DNA from: a virus | Lineage: Duplodnaviria; Caudoviricetes | IMG/VR virus record: IMGVR_UViG_3300030372_003136 | Location: 1 to 33,718 of that record | DNA: 33,718 bases | Reading direction: 5' to 3' (one strand) | Shown: positions 26,201 to 33,411 of the stretch, in pieces | Numbering within the stretch: position 1 is the stretch's first letter | Layout: the number at the start of each line of letters is the position of its first letter | The notes under the pieces: model-generated | Seen by the model: only the letters and a program-made list of their open reading frames with translations | Database searches by the model: none | What the model was told of the DNA's origin: nothing | Position numbers and translations under genes: made by a program

Positions 26201-28564
26201 GCTCGCGGAGTCCGAATAACTGGGTCTAACCCAGACAACATTCGTCTGTTGTGGTCGGCCTACATTCTCGGTAAGAAAGGTCAACCGTTGTACGACGAGG
26301 CTTTTGAGAATCTAAACAAAGTTAAGGAAGGCGTTTTTATTCAGCTTCCAGCTAAAGGGAAGGATGGATTTGCATATCGAGCAACTGTATTAAGGCCCAT
26401 TCTTTTAGAAAACGGTATTGACCCTGCGGTTACACAAAAGATTATCGAGACTTTTGTAAGGGATGTTCGTTCCACAGCTTCTGCCGCTACCCAAAGAACG
26501 ATTGCTAGGGATGTAATGGAGTACATCTTTAACAATGGATTTCTCCCAAGCAAGGGTGAATTTGGTCAGATGTATCACGGCGTTACAAAGGGTGTTAGCA
26601 ATACCGAGGCTGCCGGAAGGGGCTTAGGAAGCCGTTGGGGTGAGCTTGATAAGATTTTAAAAGAAGCGTATGGAGACAACCCTGTCAAGCTTACAGAGGT
26701 TCGCAACGTCGTATCTGAGGCTTGGGTCAAGGCGCTGACAGATATCGACTATGACCGCATCTATTCGTTGTTCAACCAACAGGGGATTATCACCAGAACA
26801 GGTGAGGGCATTGTTGCTGACGGATCTAGAACACTCCCTGAATTTATGAACATGAGGGGCACGAACCTTACTGTTCTGGAAGGCAGGAACTTCAAGGTTG
26901 GCGCAAGAGAAGAACCTGTCAGTGACATGGCTAAGGTCATTAGCGAGTACAGTGACTTCAACAAGTGGGCCAAAGTCAACAAACGGATTTCCAACATGCG
27001 CCCAGCGGATAGAAAAATCTTTACATGGGTTTTAGAAGGTGCGCAGTGGAGTCGCAAGATGACCATTGGTGGTCTTCTGCATGGATGGGGAAAGTTTCCT
27101 GGTTTGCGTTATATGTCCAACAATGGGATTACGGCACCATTAATTACTGCAGTCAGTGCTCCAGCACAGATGGTTACCGTGCTTGCCAACATGCCAGCAG
27201 CATTTACTGCAGGTGTGATGCGGGGAATCCGAGAGTCGGGGTTTATCCGAACCAGTGATGCGTTTGATTACCGGACTCTTGAGCTCAAGGGGCCAAAGAC
27301 TCCTGGTGGATTCGTTGATGCTAAGGGCACATGGTGGACCAACGAGGCTATTGAACAAGCGGCTCAACGTCAAAACATCAGGTTCTCCCGTACGACGTTC
27401 GACTACCAATACGATGCAATCTCCGACTTGGGTAGAGCTTTGCGTCGAGGTCCAGGCGGTAAACCAGTTTGGGAGATGCCTGTCTTCAACACCAAGTTTA
27501 CTCGTGGATACCGTGGCCCTCGTGGACCGGCTGAGTTCATGGGTGCGTTTCGCCCTGACCGCAAGAACGTGTACTCATCTATTGCTGAGTCTATGGATAA
27601 CATGCAGCGTGAGGCTATTTTCCGAAACGGTCTGAAGCTTGGCATGGGTGAGCAGAATGCTGGAGCCTTGGCAAGAGCTGGATTCCTTGACTACGGTGCG
27701 TTGCCTGAACGAGTGAAAAAGGCAGCTTCTCGATGGTTTGCATTCTTTGCTTTCCGCTATCGAATGACTGCTGACTTCTTCCAAGCGTTGCTTCGCGGTG
27801 GTGAGGGTGCTCGAAACATTGGGCGTGTAGCAGGCCTGATTCGCTCACAGTACGAGGACATGCAGGAGTGGGTGCTTACCCCTGACTGGCTCAAGAGCCG
27901 CCTATGGATAAACCATGGTGACAACATCAAGCAATACTTAATCAATCAGTATGGCCCTGGTGTGCCGTGGGCAGAGGGTGTCCACCTGATGGGTCAGGTA
28001 GTAGATTTTTTCTTGGCTGAAGAGCGAACAAAACTTACCGGACAAGTACTGGTGAACCTTGTTGACCAACTGGACCCTAGGTATGGTGCCGCATTGGCTA
28101 CATACCGTGAGGCAAGCAAACTGCAGGGGACCAACTTTGCTCCGTCTGGCTATGTCCCAGCTACATTCTTAGAGTCTGCTAATTTGTTTGGAATCGCGCC
28201 TTGGTTTATTGACCTGATGGAAATGGAGAAGGTTGATAAAGACAAGCAGCGTCCTGACCTGCCTACATTCAATGGTGAACAATACAAGTTTGGACCCAAC
28301 GGTAAGGCAATGTTTGAGGCCATTAACTTGCTCAGGTTGTCTCTTGCTCTCAAGCGAGGACCGGACGACACCGCTCGATTAGCAGCCAAGCTTGGCATCG
28401 ATTTGCCCTATGGAGTCGAGGTGGAGTTCAACAAGGACGGCATGGGCAACCCCTTCATGTTTATCCTTGGAGAAACCACTGCATCTATCCTTGAAAACCC
28501 CGAGTTTATACGACAACGCCAGAATGAATTCTTATACACAGCCTACAGCACTTCATCGCGGTAG
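23246..28564 (+). CDS. Large DNA ejection/internal virion protein (1772 aa)
   Basis: Size and position; C-terminal FLDYGALPERVKKAASRWFAFFAFRY resembles the F-D-Y...aromatic motif common in large podophage ejection proteins. Confidence 0.65.
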   Translation: MANGTSFSVTDEQIDRLSDDSKNELRKFIDLVGPDSNAIPGYYENLVSYDLRNQLTPQPEESELTQPSRGSQASADSARVRFVRERKKKYAGEGMSPSEALARARADATEFQRQSERLSIEGEPVSIAIPQEEAFRRVREGSLREAIGAVLRPQIISAGQRLTDEEKELREDVRRRFLAEPMMLADREATKKGLRGDEYSEYVDGRTQVLRNKLVSDLFVEIYRQQKQQFIESEGLNIAVNEPLPQGYETEAKFLRERASGLRDQFIQEVFPDQVEKFNIDRDTVQALRDVAEGSEDIALRGAAKAALLGRLVFRSDDEETGQVAETIPGAIFRVGTELLSPRAVTYPILKSLTWDRNPETGLPYDPEDPRYLLDQEIDEYLEKFYQNSYDASQGRDLSFPELDMGKFISLKPRGLFVSGLNIPEHMNTGSDFRDYLATVLNLDWTGTDFGRLDNASLVHPWISGSLAVVTEVASPWQMTPIGAFSKAVKEVGKGGAKLGSAISAGFEFKDSREFFRNMERFMDSEQSLAEVTQARTAYRDAMAGIGKPVSKGDIRAVEAYEDFAEKMAPSLASIIAPLDEGVNPLTKAAFKGLDPDTPYANSIRMISQKYDQIRSALRKDNWAEVLRKTPTGRELLVHIQEAARSAPNASKKVWGQKALINIAKTEMMGVLQDALPTGWVRVGNTVVRRNVFKANQKEILSKMRNISQAHRPRLIKGKYHYKYKDHKKAYAAAVVGAGETAFTKNRRPLFEKLLTNKPLTSGEYHMVQTYIEHAVIESVLGKVGRSVVPKSQVTEKVYKKAGVAAIDRNIGIVDGTKDFFRGAYSIVWNNPIVESHYPKAKGMKLIPFDLKTFNTKIDPELYQEFTVLTNRLNELPLQLTKILRSGDVEAGDALLQSAVKGENPTAVYEEMIELFFDPTKKEVGNMFGKAPDGSSVLTNVVAEAVKSKRLPWPPTIDGMKAAVDLAYDKANAKMLVELQERGLKARGVRITGSNPDNIRLLWSAYILGKKGQPLYDEAFENLNKVKEGVFIQLPAKGKDGFAYRATVLRPILLENGIDPAVTQKIIETFVRDVRSTASAATQRTIARDVMEYIFNNGFLPSKGEFGQMYHGVTKGVSNTEAAGRGLGSRWGELDKILKEAYGDNPVKLTEVRNVVSEAWVKALTDIDYDRIYSLFNQQGIITRTGEGIVADGSRTLPEFMNMRGTNLTVLEGRNFKVGAREEPVSDMAKVISEYSDFNKWAKVNKRISNMRPADRKIFTWVLEGAQWSRKMTIGGLLHGWGKFPGLRYMSNNGITAPLITAVSAPAQMVTVLANMPAAFTAGVMRGIRESGFIRTSDAFDYRTLELKGPKTPGGFVDAKGTWWTNEAIEQAAQRQNIRFSRTTFDYQYDAISDLGRALRRGPGGKPVWEMPVFNTKFTRGYRGPRGPAEFMGAFRPDRKNVYSSIAESMDNMQREAIFRNGLKLGMGEQNAGALARAGFLDYGALPERVKKAASRWFAFFAFRYRMTADFFQALLRGGEGARNIGRVAGLIRSQYEDMQEWVLTPDWLKSRLWINHGDNIKQYLINQYGPGVPWAEGVHLMGQVVDFFLAEERTKLTGQVLVNLVDQLDPRYGAALATYREASKLQGTNFAPSGYVPATFLESANLFGIAPWFIDLMEMEKVDKDKQRPDLPTFNGEQYKFGPNGKAMFEAINLLRLSLALKRGPDDTARLAAKLGIDLPYGVEVEFNKDGMGNPFMFILGETTASILENPEFIRQRQNEFLYTAYSTSSR

Positions 28565-28590
28565 ACTTCTTGACGTGTAACCACTATAAA
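28562..28590 (+). promoter_or_regulatory. Promoter for the spike/lysis module
   Basis: TAGACT(28562-28567)-N17-TATAAA(28585-28590); GGAG RBS follows. Confidence 0.5.
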
Positions 28591-28611
28591 TAGACATCCC
28601 TGGAGAATCTA

Positions 28612-29001
28612 ATGAGCACTACTATCACCACCCCTATTTACGGAACACAGACCGGGACGGCTACTTCTGTCACCACAGCCGGTATTGAAATCCAAATGGC
28701 CGTTCCTACTCAAGGGCTGATTAAGCGGGTTCGTGCGTACAAAACTGCTGGCGACATGGCGACGTTTGACCTTGTGACCTTGCGAGCAGCAAGCGGTGCT
28801 ACGTTGGCTGGTGCTCCTCTTAGCGTCATTGCTGAATACGCTGCTGGTTCTGCTTCTATTGACTCCGAAGAGAACATCTTTTACTCGGTGCCAGAAGTGG
28901 CCTCAACTCCAGGCCGGGGGATTATCTACTTCTTTGTTGACCCCAACACAGGAACTAACAACAACATTTCTGTCAGCCTTGACATCCAGACGGTGAAGTA
29001 A
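28612..29001 (+). CDS. Small beta-rich virion protein (possible spike base)
   Basis: 129 aa, Thr/Ala/Ser/Ile-rich with an alternating beta pattern; GGAG RBS. Confidence 0.55.
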   Translation: MSTTITTPIYGTQTGTATSVTTAGIEIQMAVPTQGLIKRVRAYKTAGDMATFDLVTLRAASGATLAGAPLSVIAEYAAGSASIDSEENIFYSVPEVASTPGRGIIYFFVDPNTGTNNNISVSLDIQTVK

Positions 29002-29975
29002 TGGCTCGTTCTATTCCAAGCTCAACTTCTTCTAGAACAATCCCTGCACCAGAAGCCGGTGGTGGCGGTGGCGGTGGTGGTGGGAACCCGTGGACCTCAT
29101 TTACCGAGCTACCTCTAGACCCGACAGGCGCTAATGGCTGGACTGTTCTAAATGGCTCTGGTGGTGCTGGTGCTACTTTAGGAAAGGTAGGGGATATCCT
29201 TGTCTTTGAGCAAGACACTCTGACCAGTATGCACATTCAAGGCTCTACCATGAAAGGTAAAGTAATGATTCGCAATGAGCATATTAAGATGGCGGAAGAT
29301 GCGAACATACCTCAACCCGCTGGTGTTGCCGCACACCTCCTGCAACCCGAGGCATGTAATCTAAAGTTGGAGATAGTATTCGACACTGATGGAGGTGGGC
29401 CAATCAATGGTCCTGATGCATCTGGTGGGTACGGCAACAATCTTACATGCATTGCTGGGCTTGTTGGATACAACACAGATCAAGAAGGAAGCCCAACTAT
29501 TCCAGGTGGTACGAGTGTAATTTGGCTTGGTGCTCAAGTTTATAAAGCTAATGGAAGCCAGCCTTCTGCATACTCTAATACAAATATGTACCGTTCAGGC
29601 TACAAGACGTACTTTACCAACAATGCCACTGTTCAAGGATACACTTGGAAAAACCAACAAAGTGCCCCTGCTGCCGCACACGATTCTTTGGTTTTTACTC
29701 TGGCTCCCATTCGGTTAGGCGCTGCATCTGGTACTAACAAGGCCTATACATGGGGCGGAAGTTACGCGAAAGACCAGCCATGGAACCCTGTTGCCACGTC
29801 AGGTCTGGCTATTACAGACAACACGACAAGGTATTGGAATGCAGCAGGCCAAACGTATTGGCACCTCTGTATATGGTTTGGAGGTCATGGAAACACAGCA
29901 GTAAGAGGCTCCATTCGCATCAAGAAAATTAACTATGTGCTCCAGCCCGTAGTAGGAAGATCGGACATCACATGA
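29001..29975 (+). CDS. Putative fibre/receptor-binding protein with poly-Gly linker
   Basis: Short N-terminal peptide, then nine consecutive Gly, then a G/T/N/S- and aromatic-rich beta domain. Confidence 0.55.
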   Translation: MARSIPSSTSSRTIPAPEAGGGGGGGGGNPWTSFTELPLDPTGANGWTVLNGSGGAGATLGKVGDILVFEQDTLTSMHIQGSTMKGKVMIRNEHIKMAEDANIPQPAGVAAHLLQPEACNLKLEIVFDTDGGGPINGPDASGGYGNNLTCIAGLVGYNTDQEGSPTIPGGTSVIWLGAQVYKANGSQPSAYSNTNMYRSGYKTYFTNNATVQGYTWKNQQSAPAAAHDSLVFTLAPIRLGAASGTNKAYTWGGSYAKDQPWNPVATSGLAITDNTTRYWNAAGQTYWHLCIWFGGHGNTAVRGSIRIKKINYVLQPVVGRSDIT

Positions 29976-30271
29976 TTTGCGTAACACTTATTAAATGTTC
30001 GAGTTCTTCTGTCGCTCAAGAAGTTGTTTCGGAGGTTGAAGCTGGAGAACTCTGGGGTGTTGACATGGGCACCACCTCAAAGGCTTCCAGTTATTCCAAC
30101 TATGCTCTTGTTGAGTCTACTAAGACAAGGAACTACGCGCTTCTTGAGAGCGTGCCAGACGAGAACAAGTTTGATATTCAGCTTTCTGTTATTGACTGCG
30201 ATTCGTTTACTGAAGCAGAGTTGGATTGGAAAGTCTGGTTCTTGCGCGGCAAGATAGTTGGGGAAGAGTAG
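29972..30271 (+). CDS. Hypothetical protein (99 aa), possible fibre partner/chaperone
   Basis: ATGA coupling to the upstream fibre-like gene. Confidence 0.55.
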   Translation: MICVTLIKCSSSSVAQEVVSEVEAGELWGVDMGTTSKASSYSNYALVESTKTRNYALLESVPDENKFDIQLSVIDCDSFTEAELDWKVWFLRGKIVGEE

Positions 30272-30272
30272 G

Positions 30273-30464
30273 ATGGAACAGCGTGTGCGCAAACTGGAGA
30301 CTGATGTAGCCGTCTTGGGTCAGCGTACTGACACGCTTGAAACGGAGGTAAACGTGATACGACAAGAGCTAAAGGCTGTTCGCAGTGACATTGCCAAAGC
30401 GCAAGGCATCATTGTTGCTGCCGTGTGCATTATGCAATCCATTGGGATTCTCATCGGGGGCTAA
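30273..30464 (+). CDS. Coiled-coil plus C-terminal TM protein (XhlA/holin-accessory-like)
   Basis: MEQRVRKLETDVAVL... coiled coil, then hydrophobic GIIVAAVCIMQSIGILIGG. Confidence 0.6.
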   Translation: MEQRVRKLETDVAVLGQRTDTLETEVNVIRQELKAVRSDIAKAQGIIVAAVCIMQSIGILIGG

Positions 30465-30623
30465 ATGGAATCCGAGTTTGTTGCAGAGCTTATAGACCTT
30501 GGGGTGACTGGCCTCTTCCTTGGTTACCTTATCTTTCAGAACAAGAAGTATGGTGCCCAACTTACCGAGATGACTCGAAAGTATGAGGAACTGTTTGAGC
30601 GTGTGTTGAAGGCCGTTGAATGA
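30465..30623 (+). CDS. Putative holin (BhlA/UviB-like, 52 aa)
   Basis: Manual translation MESEFVAELIDLGVTGLFLGYLIFQNKKYGAQLTEMTRKYEELFERVLKAVE*; one TM plus coiled coil; ATGA overlap with the lysin. Confidence 0.65.
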   Translation: MESEFVAELIDLGVTGLFLGYLIFQNKKYGAQLTEMTRKYEELFERVLKAVE

Positions 30624-31195
30624 TCCCGCTGCTTCTTCAGAAGGTAAAGGCCAAGGGATACCGAATCTTTACCAAAGGCCAGTACAACCTCAACATCATT
30701 GGCATTCGCCATCGTGGCAAGCCTAATCAGTTCGATGACATCATCGCCTTGGTCTACCGAGACGAGACAGGTGGGTGGGTGCAACGAGAGTTTAAGTGTA
30801 CCACTGACCCTGGCTCCTACTGGACGCACAATCCTATGAGGACAAGCGGCACTGCAGTGCTGTGTCCTGGGCAATACAGGTCGTACAGCATTGATAAGCA
30901 TCGAGGAAAGTACGACGCTCTATGCCAGCGGATTGGTCCGGTGAAGGTATGGCGCACGCCTGCTGGGGAGAAGATCGAGTGGGATAGCTTCGATGAGGGC
31001 AAGGCGGGGAACTACTCTATTAACATTCACAACTCTGGGAGCCACCACTCTACTGCAGTGAACAAGTGGAGCGCAGGCTGTACTGTCCTGGCGGATCCTG
31101 TGGAATGGCATACGTTTATGCGGATTGTGAAGAAGAGTGCCGAGTTGTACGGCAACGCATTCACCTACACTTTGTTGGAGGAAGAAGATGTCTAA
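30620..31195 (+). CDS. Endolysin candidate, YkuD/L,D-transpeptidase-like Cys-His peptidase
   Basis: LNIIGIR, NQFDD, TTDPG, PGQY, INIH...KWSAGC; located between holin-like and spanin-like genes. Confidence 0.7.
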   Translation: MIPLLLQKVKAKGYRIFTKGQYNLNIIGIRHRGKPNQFDDIIALVYRDETGGWVQREFKCTTDPGSYWTHNPMRTSGTAVLCPGQYRSYSIDKHRGKYDALCQRIGPVKVWRTPAGEKIEWDSFDEGKAGNYSINIHNSGSHHSTAVNKWSAGCTVLADPVEWHTFMRIVKKSAELYGNAFTYTLLEEEDV

Positions 31196-31397
31196 GTTGA
31201 AAGAGCTCAAAGAGAAGTATGGAGTGAACGCCACATTGGTTGGTGGTTCGCTAGTAATAGGTAGCGTCTTTGGTCAGTGCGTCCTGTCGCCACCTGAATT
31301 AGCGGTTGAGGAGTCGGCCCCTCCCGTTATCGAGGAAGAGGAAGCACCAGCAGCGGAGCCTGTAGACGAGCCCGCTAAAGAGGAAGAAGGTGCGTGA
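31188..31397 (+). CDS. Small protein with hydrophobic segment and acidic tail (lysis region)
   Basis: Start at ATG 31188 (GGAGG upstream): MSKLKELKEKYGVNATLVGGSLVIGSVFGQCVL...EEEEAPAAEP. Confidence 0.6.
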   Translation: MSKLKELKEKYGVNATLVGGSLVIGSVFGQCVLSPPELAVEESAPPVIEEEEAPAAEPVDEPAKEEEGA

Positions 31398-31608
31398 CCT
31401 ATTGCTCGGCCTTGTCGGGGGCATCATCGTGGTTGTCACTGCTTGGGTAACTAGACTCCTATCCAAGCGTGATGCCTCCCCTTCCGAGAAAGCTCTCGAC
31501 AAGGCTGCTTCTCTTCACAAGGTGCATGTAGAAGAGGTTGAGGAAATCTTAGAGGGCAAGACTCCCGAGGAAGGACTGGCAGCTCTTATCAACGAGAAGA
31601 TAAAGTGA
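31390..31608 (+). CDS. N-terminal TM protein, i-spanin-like
   Basis: LLLGLVGGIIVVVTAWV TM followed by a helical domain; downstream of the lysin. Confidence 0.55.
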   Translation: MRDLLLGLVGGIIVVVTAWVTRLLSKRDASPSEKALDKAASLHKVHVEEVEEILEGKTPEEGLAALINEKIK

Positions 31609-31952
31609 ACGCTGTTGTTCTTGCTGGCTTTCTGCTTGCTCCTCCTGAGCGCCCTCCTGCTGTGGACAACGAGTGTACCAAGGCTTATGCCCTCGTCGGT
31701 GGGCACGCGCCAAGCATGGAGGTTGTAGACCCCGCTACGGCTATTGCTCAGTGCAATGGGGTGGTGTTGCCTACATCTCTTGTGGCTTACTACGTCGAGT
31801 TGGATTCGTGGAAGGACTTGGCGGTGGTAGAGATGGAGCAGTTGGAAGCTCAACAGCCTACCTTCTGGGAAAAGTGGGGCGAGAGGGCTCAGTGGATAAC
31901 GGTGGGGATTGCCACGGGCATTACGATTTACGCACTCGCTGACCCTTCCTGA
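31605..31952 (+). CDS. Envelope protein with hydrophobic N-terminus and C-terminal TM (spanin-like)
   Basis: MNAVVLAGFLLA N-terminus, two Cys, C-terminal WITVGIATGITIYAL; GTGA coupling. Confidence 0.55.
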   Translation: MNAVVLAGFLLAPPERPPAVDNECTKAYALVGGHAPSMEVVDPATAIAQCNGVVLPTSLVAYYVELDSWKDLAVVEMEQLEAQQPTFWEKWGERAQWITVGIATGITIYALADPS

Positions 31953-32067
31953 GCTTCTTAGCGCAGGCCTTACACACAGCCAGAAAGTAGTCCTGCTTGT
32001 CCCTAGCCATGACTGCTGCGGGCTTATTGCACCATTCCACCTCACACTTCTGATAAGCCAACCTCAT
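31921..32067 (-). CDS. Small Cys4 zinc-finger-like protein (48 aa)
   Basis: Manual translation MRLAYQKCEVEWCNKPAAVMARDKQDYFLAVCKACAKKLRKGQRVRKS*; ATGA overlap with the upstream gene. Confidence 0.65.
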   Translation of the reverse strand: MRLAYQKCEVEWCNKPAAVMARDKQDYFLAVCKACAKKLRKGQRVRKS

Positions 32068-32297
32068 GCTTCTGCATCCGGCGTGGAGAGAAGCACCTCC
32101 TCGATAGACTCAGTCATGATGTCCTCGATTTCTTTCTTAGCTTCATCGCTTGGAACCTTCTTAAAGGAATCCACATTCGTGAAGACAATGCTCAAGTCAT
32201 TCTGAATCAAGTCCTGCAAGAGCTGAAATGCCTCATCAGGGTCAGAGCCGAATGAACGGATGGTGAAGGTAAAGTCGTATGCGTTTGTATTAATCAT
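32064..32297 (-). CDS. Acidic hypothetical protein (77 aa)
   Basis: Start at ATG 32297, overlapping the MTase TGA; GGAG upstream. Confidence 0.65.
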   Translation of the reverse strand: MINTNAYDFTFTIRSFGSDPDEAFQLLQDLIQNDLSIVFTNVDSFKKVPSDEAKKEIEDIMTESIEEVLLSTPDAEA

Positions 32298-33006
32298 GAG
32301 AGTTGTCTCCATGCGAAGCGTACCACTGCTGGTACTTGTCCATTGCCAAGGGCTCTAAGGCGGTCCACCCGACAGGCCAGTTCATCATCCTTTCCACAAA
32401 GCTCGGAGAGAGGTGCCCCCCACGTTGCTTTGCCATTGACTGCAGAGACATCCTGACCTTGCCTACCCTCCCGGCTGCTCCGCCCTGGTTCGTGCCGTAA
32501 GTTTGCGCTGTGATGGTGGGCAACAATCCAGAGGCGATCTCTCTGATGATTGGCACCAAGGGCTGACGCGGGTATGCAATCCCATCGACAGTCATACCCG
32601 CTCTCGGCCAAGTCTCCGAGTATGGTGTGCATGTACCCGTGTGAGCCAGCAAGCAAGTTTGGAACGTTCTCCAACAGGAGATGCTTGGGTCGTATTTCGC
32701 AAATGACGCGGATGGTTTCAGGCCAAAGGTTCTTGTCTGAGTCTCCAGCCTCTCGCTTTCCGGCGACACTGAAGGGTGTGCATGGGAATCCGGCGCTGAT
32801 GACATCGCAGTGTCCTCGCCATGGTGTCCCGTCGAATGTTCTGATGTCATCCCAAATAGGGAACGCTGGCAGGATGCCATCTCTTTGTCTTGCGAGGAGG
32901 ATTCGCCGTGCGTAGGGAGCAATCTCAACAGCGCATACGGTGCGCCATCCAAGGAGCTTCCCTCCCAGGATGCCTCCTCCCCCTCCTGCAAATAGTGCCA
33001 ACTCAT
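32290..33006 (-). CDS. Overlapping alternative-frame polypeptide, putative MTase beta subunit (motif IX/TRD carrier)
   Basis: 238-aa stop-free frame with its own ATG 8 nt from GAGG; contains LLPTITA and GHLSPSFVERMMNWPVGWT (motif IX-like), absent from the alpha frame. Confidence 0.7.
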   Translation of the reverse strand: MSWHYLQEGEEASWEGSSLDGAPYALLRLLPTHGESSSQDKEMASCQRSLFGMTSEHSTGHHGEDTAMSSAPDSHAHPSVSPESERLETQTRTFGLKPSASFAKYDPSISCWRTFQTCLLAHTGTCTPYSETWPRAGMTVDGIAYPRQPLVPIIREIASGLLPTITAQTYGTNQGGAAGRVGKVRMSLQSMAKQRGGHLSPSFVERMMNWPVGWTALEPLAMDKYQQWYASHGDNSHD

Positions 33007-33010
33007 TCAT
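32294..33010 (-). CDS. DNA (cytosine-5) methyltransferase, catalytic (alpha) polypeptide
   Basis: Motif I LFAGGGG, II AVE, III DDI, IV GFPC, VI ENV, VIII QRDRLW, X RLRALGNGQVP. Confidence 0.92.
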   Translation of the reverse strand: MNELALFAGGGGGILGGKLLGWRTVCAVEIAPYARRILLARQRDGILPAFPIWDDIRTFDGTPWRGHCDVISAGFPCTPFSVAGKREAGDSDKNLWPETIRVICEIRPKHLLLENVPNLLAGSHGYMHTILGDLAESGYDCRWDCIPASALGANHQRDRLWIVAHHHSANLRHEPGRSSREGRQGQDVSAVNGKATWGAPLSELCGKDDELACRVDRLRALGNGQVPAVVRFAWRQLS

Positions 33011-33025
33011 ATGCCCTCGGTGGTA

Positions 33026-33051
33026 GCGACAGGGGGATGAGCCCCTGCCGC
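33026..33051 (-). promoter_or_regulatory. GC-rich hairpin between ssb and the MTase
   Basis: Minus strand GCGGCAGGGG-CTCATC-CCCCTGTCGC, a 10-bp stem with one G-U; no U-tract. Confidence 0.55.
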
Positions 33052-33063
33052 CTTCCCAACCAA

Positions 33064-33411
33064 CTAGAATCCAAACTCTTCTACTACGTCTGAATCTCCA
33101 GTCTCTCTCTTCCCGTGGAACTTCACGTCGTTAGCCACCACCTCGGTGACATAGACCTTCTGTCCATCCTTCTCATACGAACGAGTCTGCAGCCTACCGT
33201 TGATGGTCAACTCGCTGCCCTTCTTCAGGAAGCGTGCGACGTTCTCACCGCGCTTGCCGAACACAACGACGTTGGTCCACTCGGTCACGTCAGTCCACTC
33301 GCCGTCAACCTTGGCCCTGGCATTGGTAGCCACGCGCAGGTTGCACACTGTCTTGTTTGGATTCTGCTTAGGGTCTTGCCCAAGAGCTCCAGATAAGATT
33401 ACGACATTCAT
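33064..33411 (-). CDS. ssb: Single-stranded DNA-binding protein
   Basis: MNVVILSGALGQDP, TEWTNVVVFGK, LKKGS, GRLQTRSYEKDGQKVYVTEVVA and acidic tail EEFGF; start at ATG 33411 (TAATG coupling). Confidence 0.95.
   Translation of the reverse strand: MNVVILSGALGQDPKQNPNKTVCNLRVATNARAKVDGEWTDVTEWTNVVVFGKRGENVARFLKKGSELTINGRLQTRSYEKDGQKVYVTEVVANDVKFHGKRETGDSDVVEEFGF

Noticed and set aside
32064-33010. Restriction-modification system
   Set aside because: No endonuclease is recognisable next to the MTase; the neighbours are very small proteins, so it is treated as an orphan MTase.
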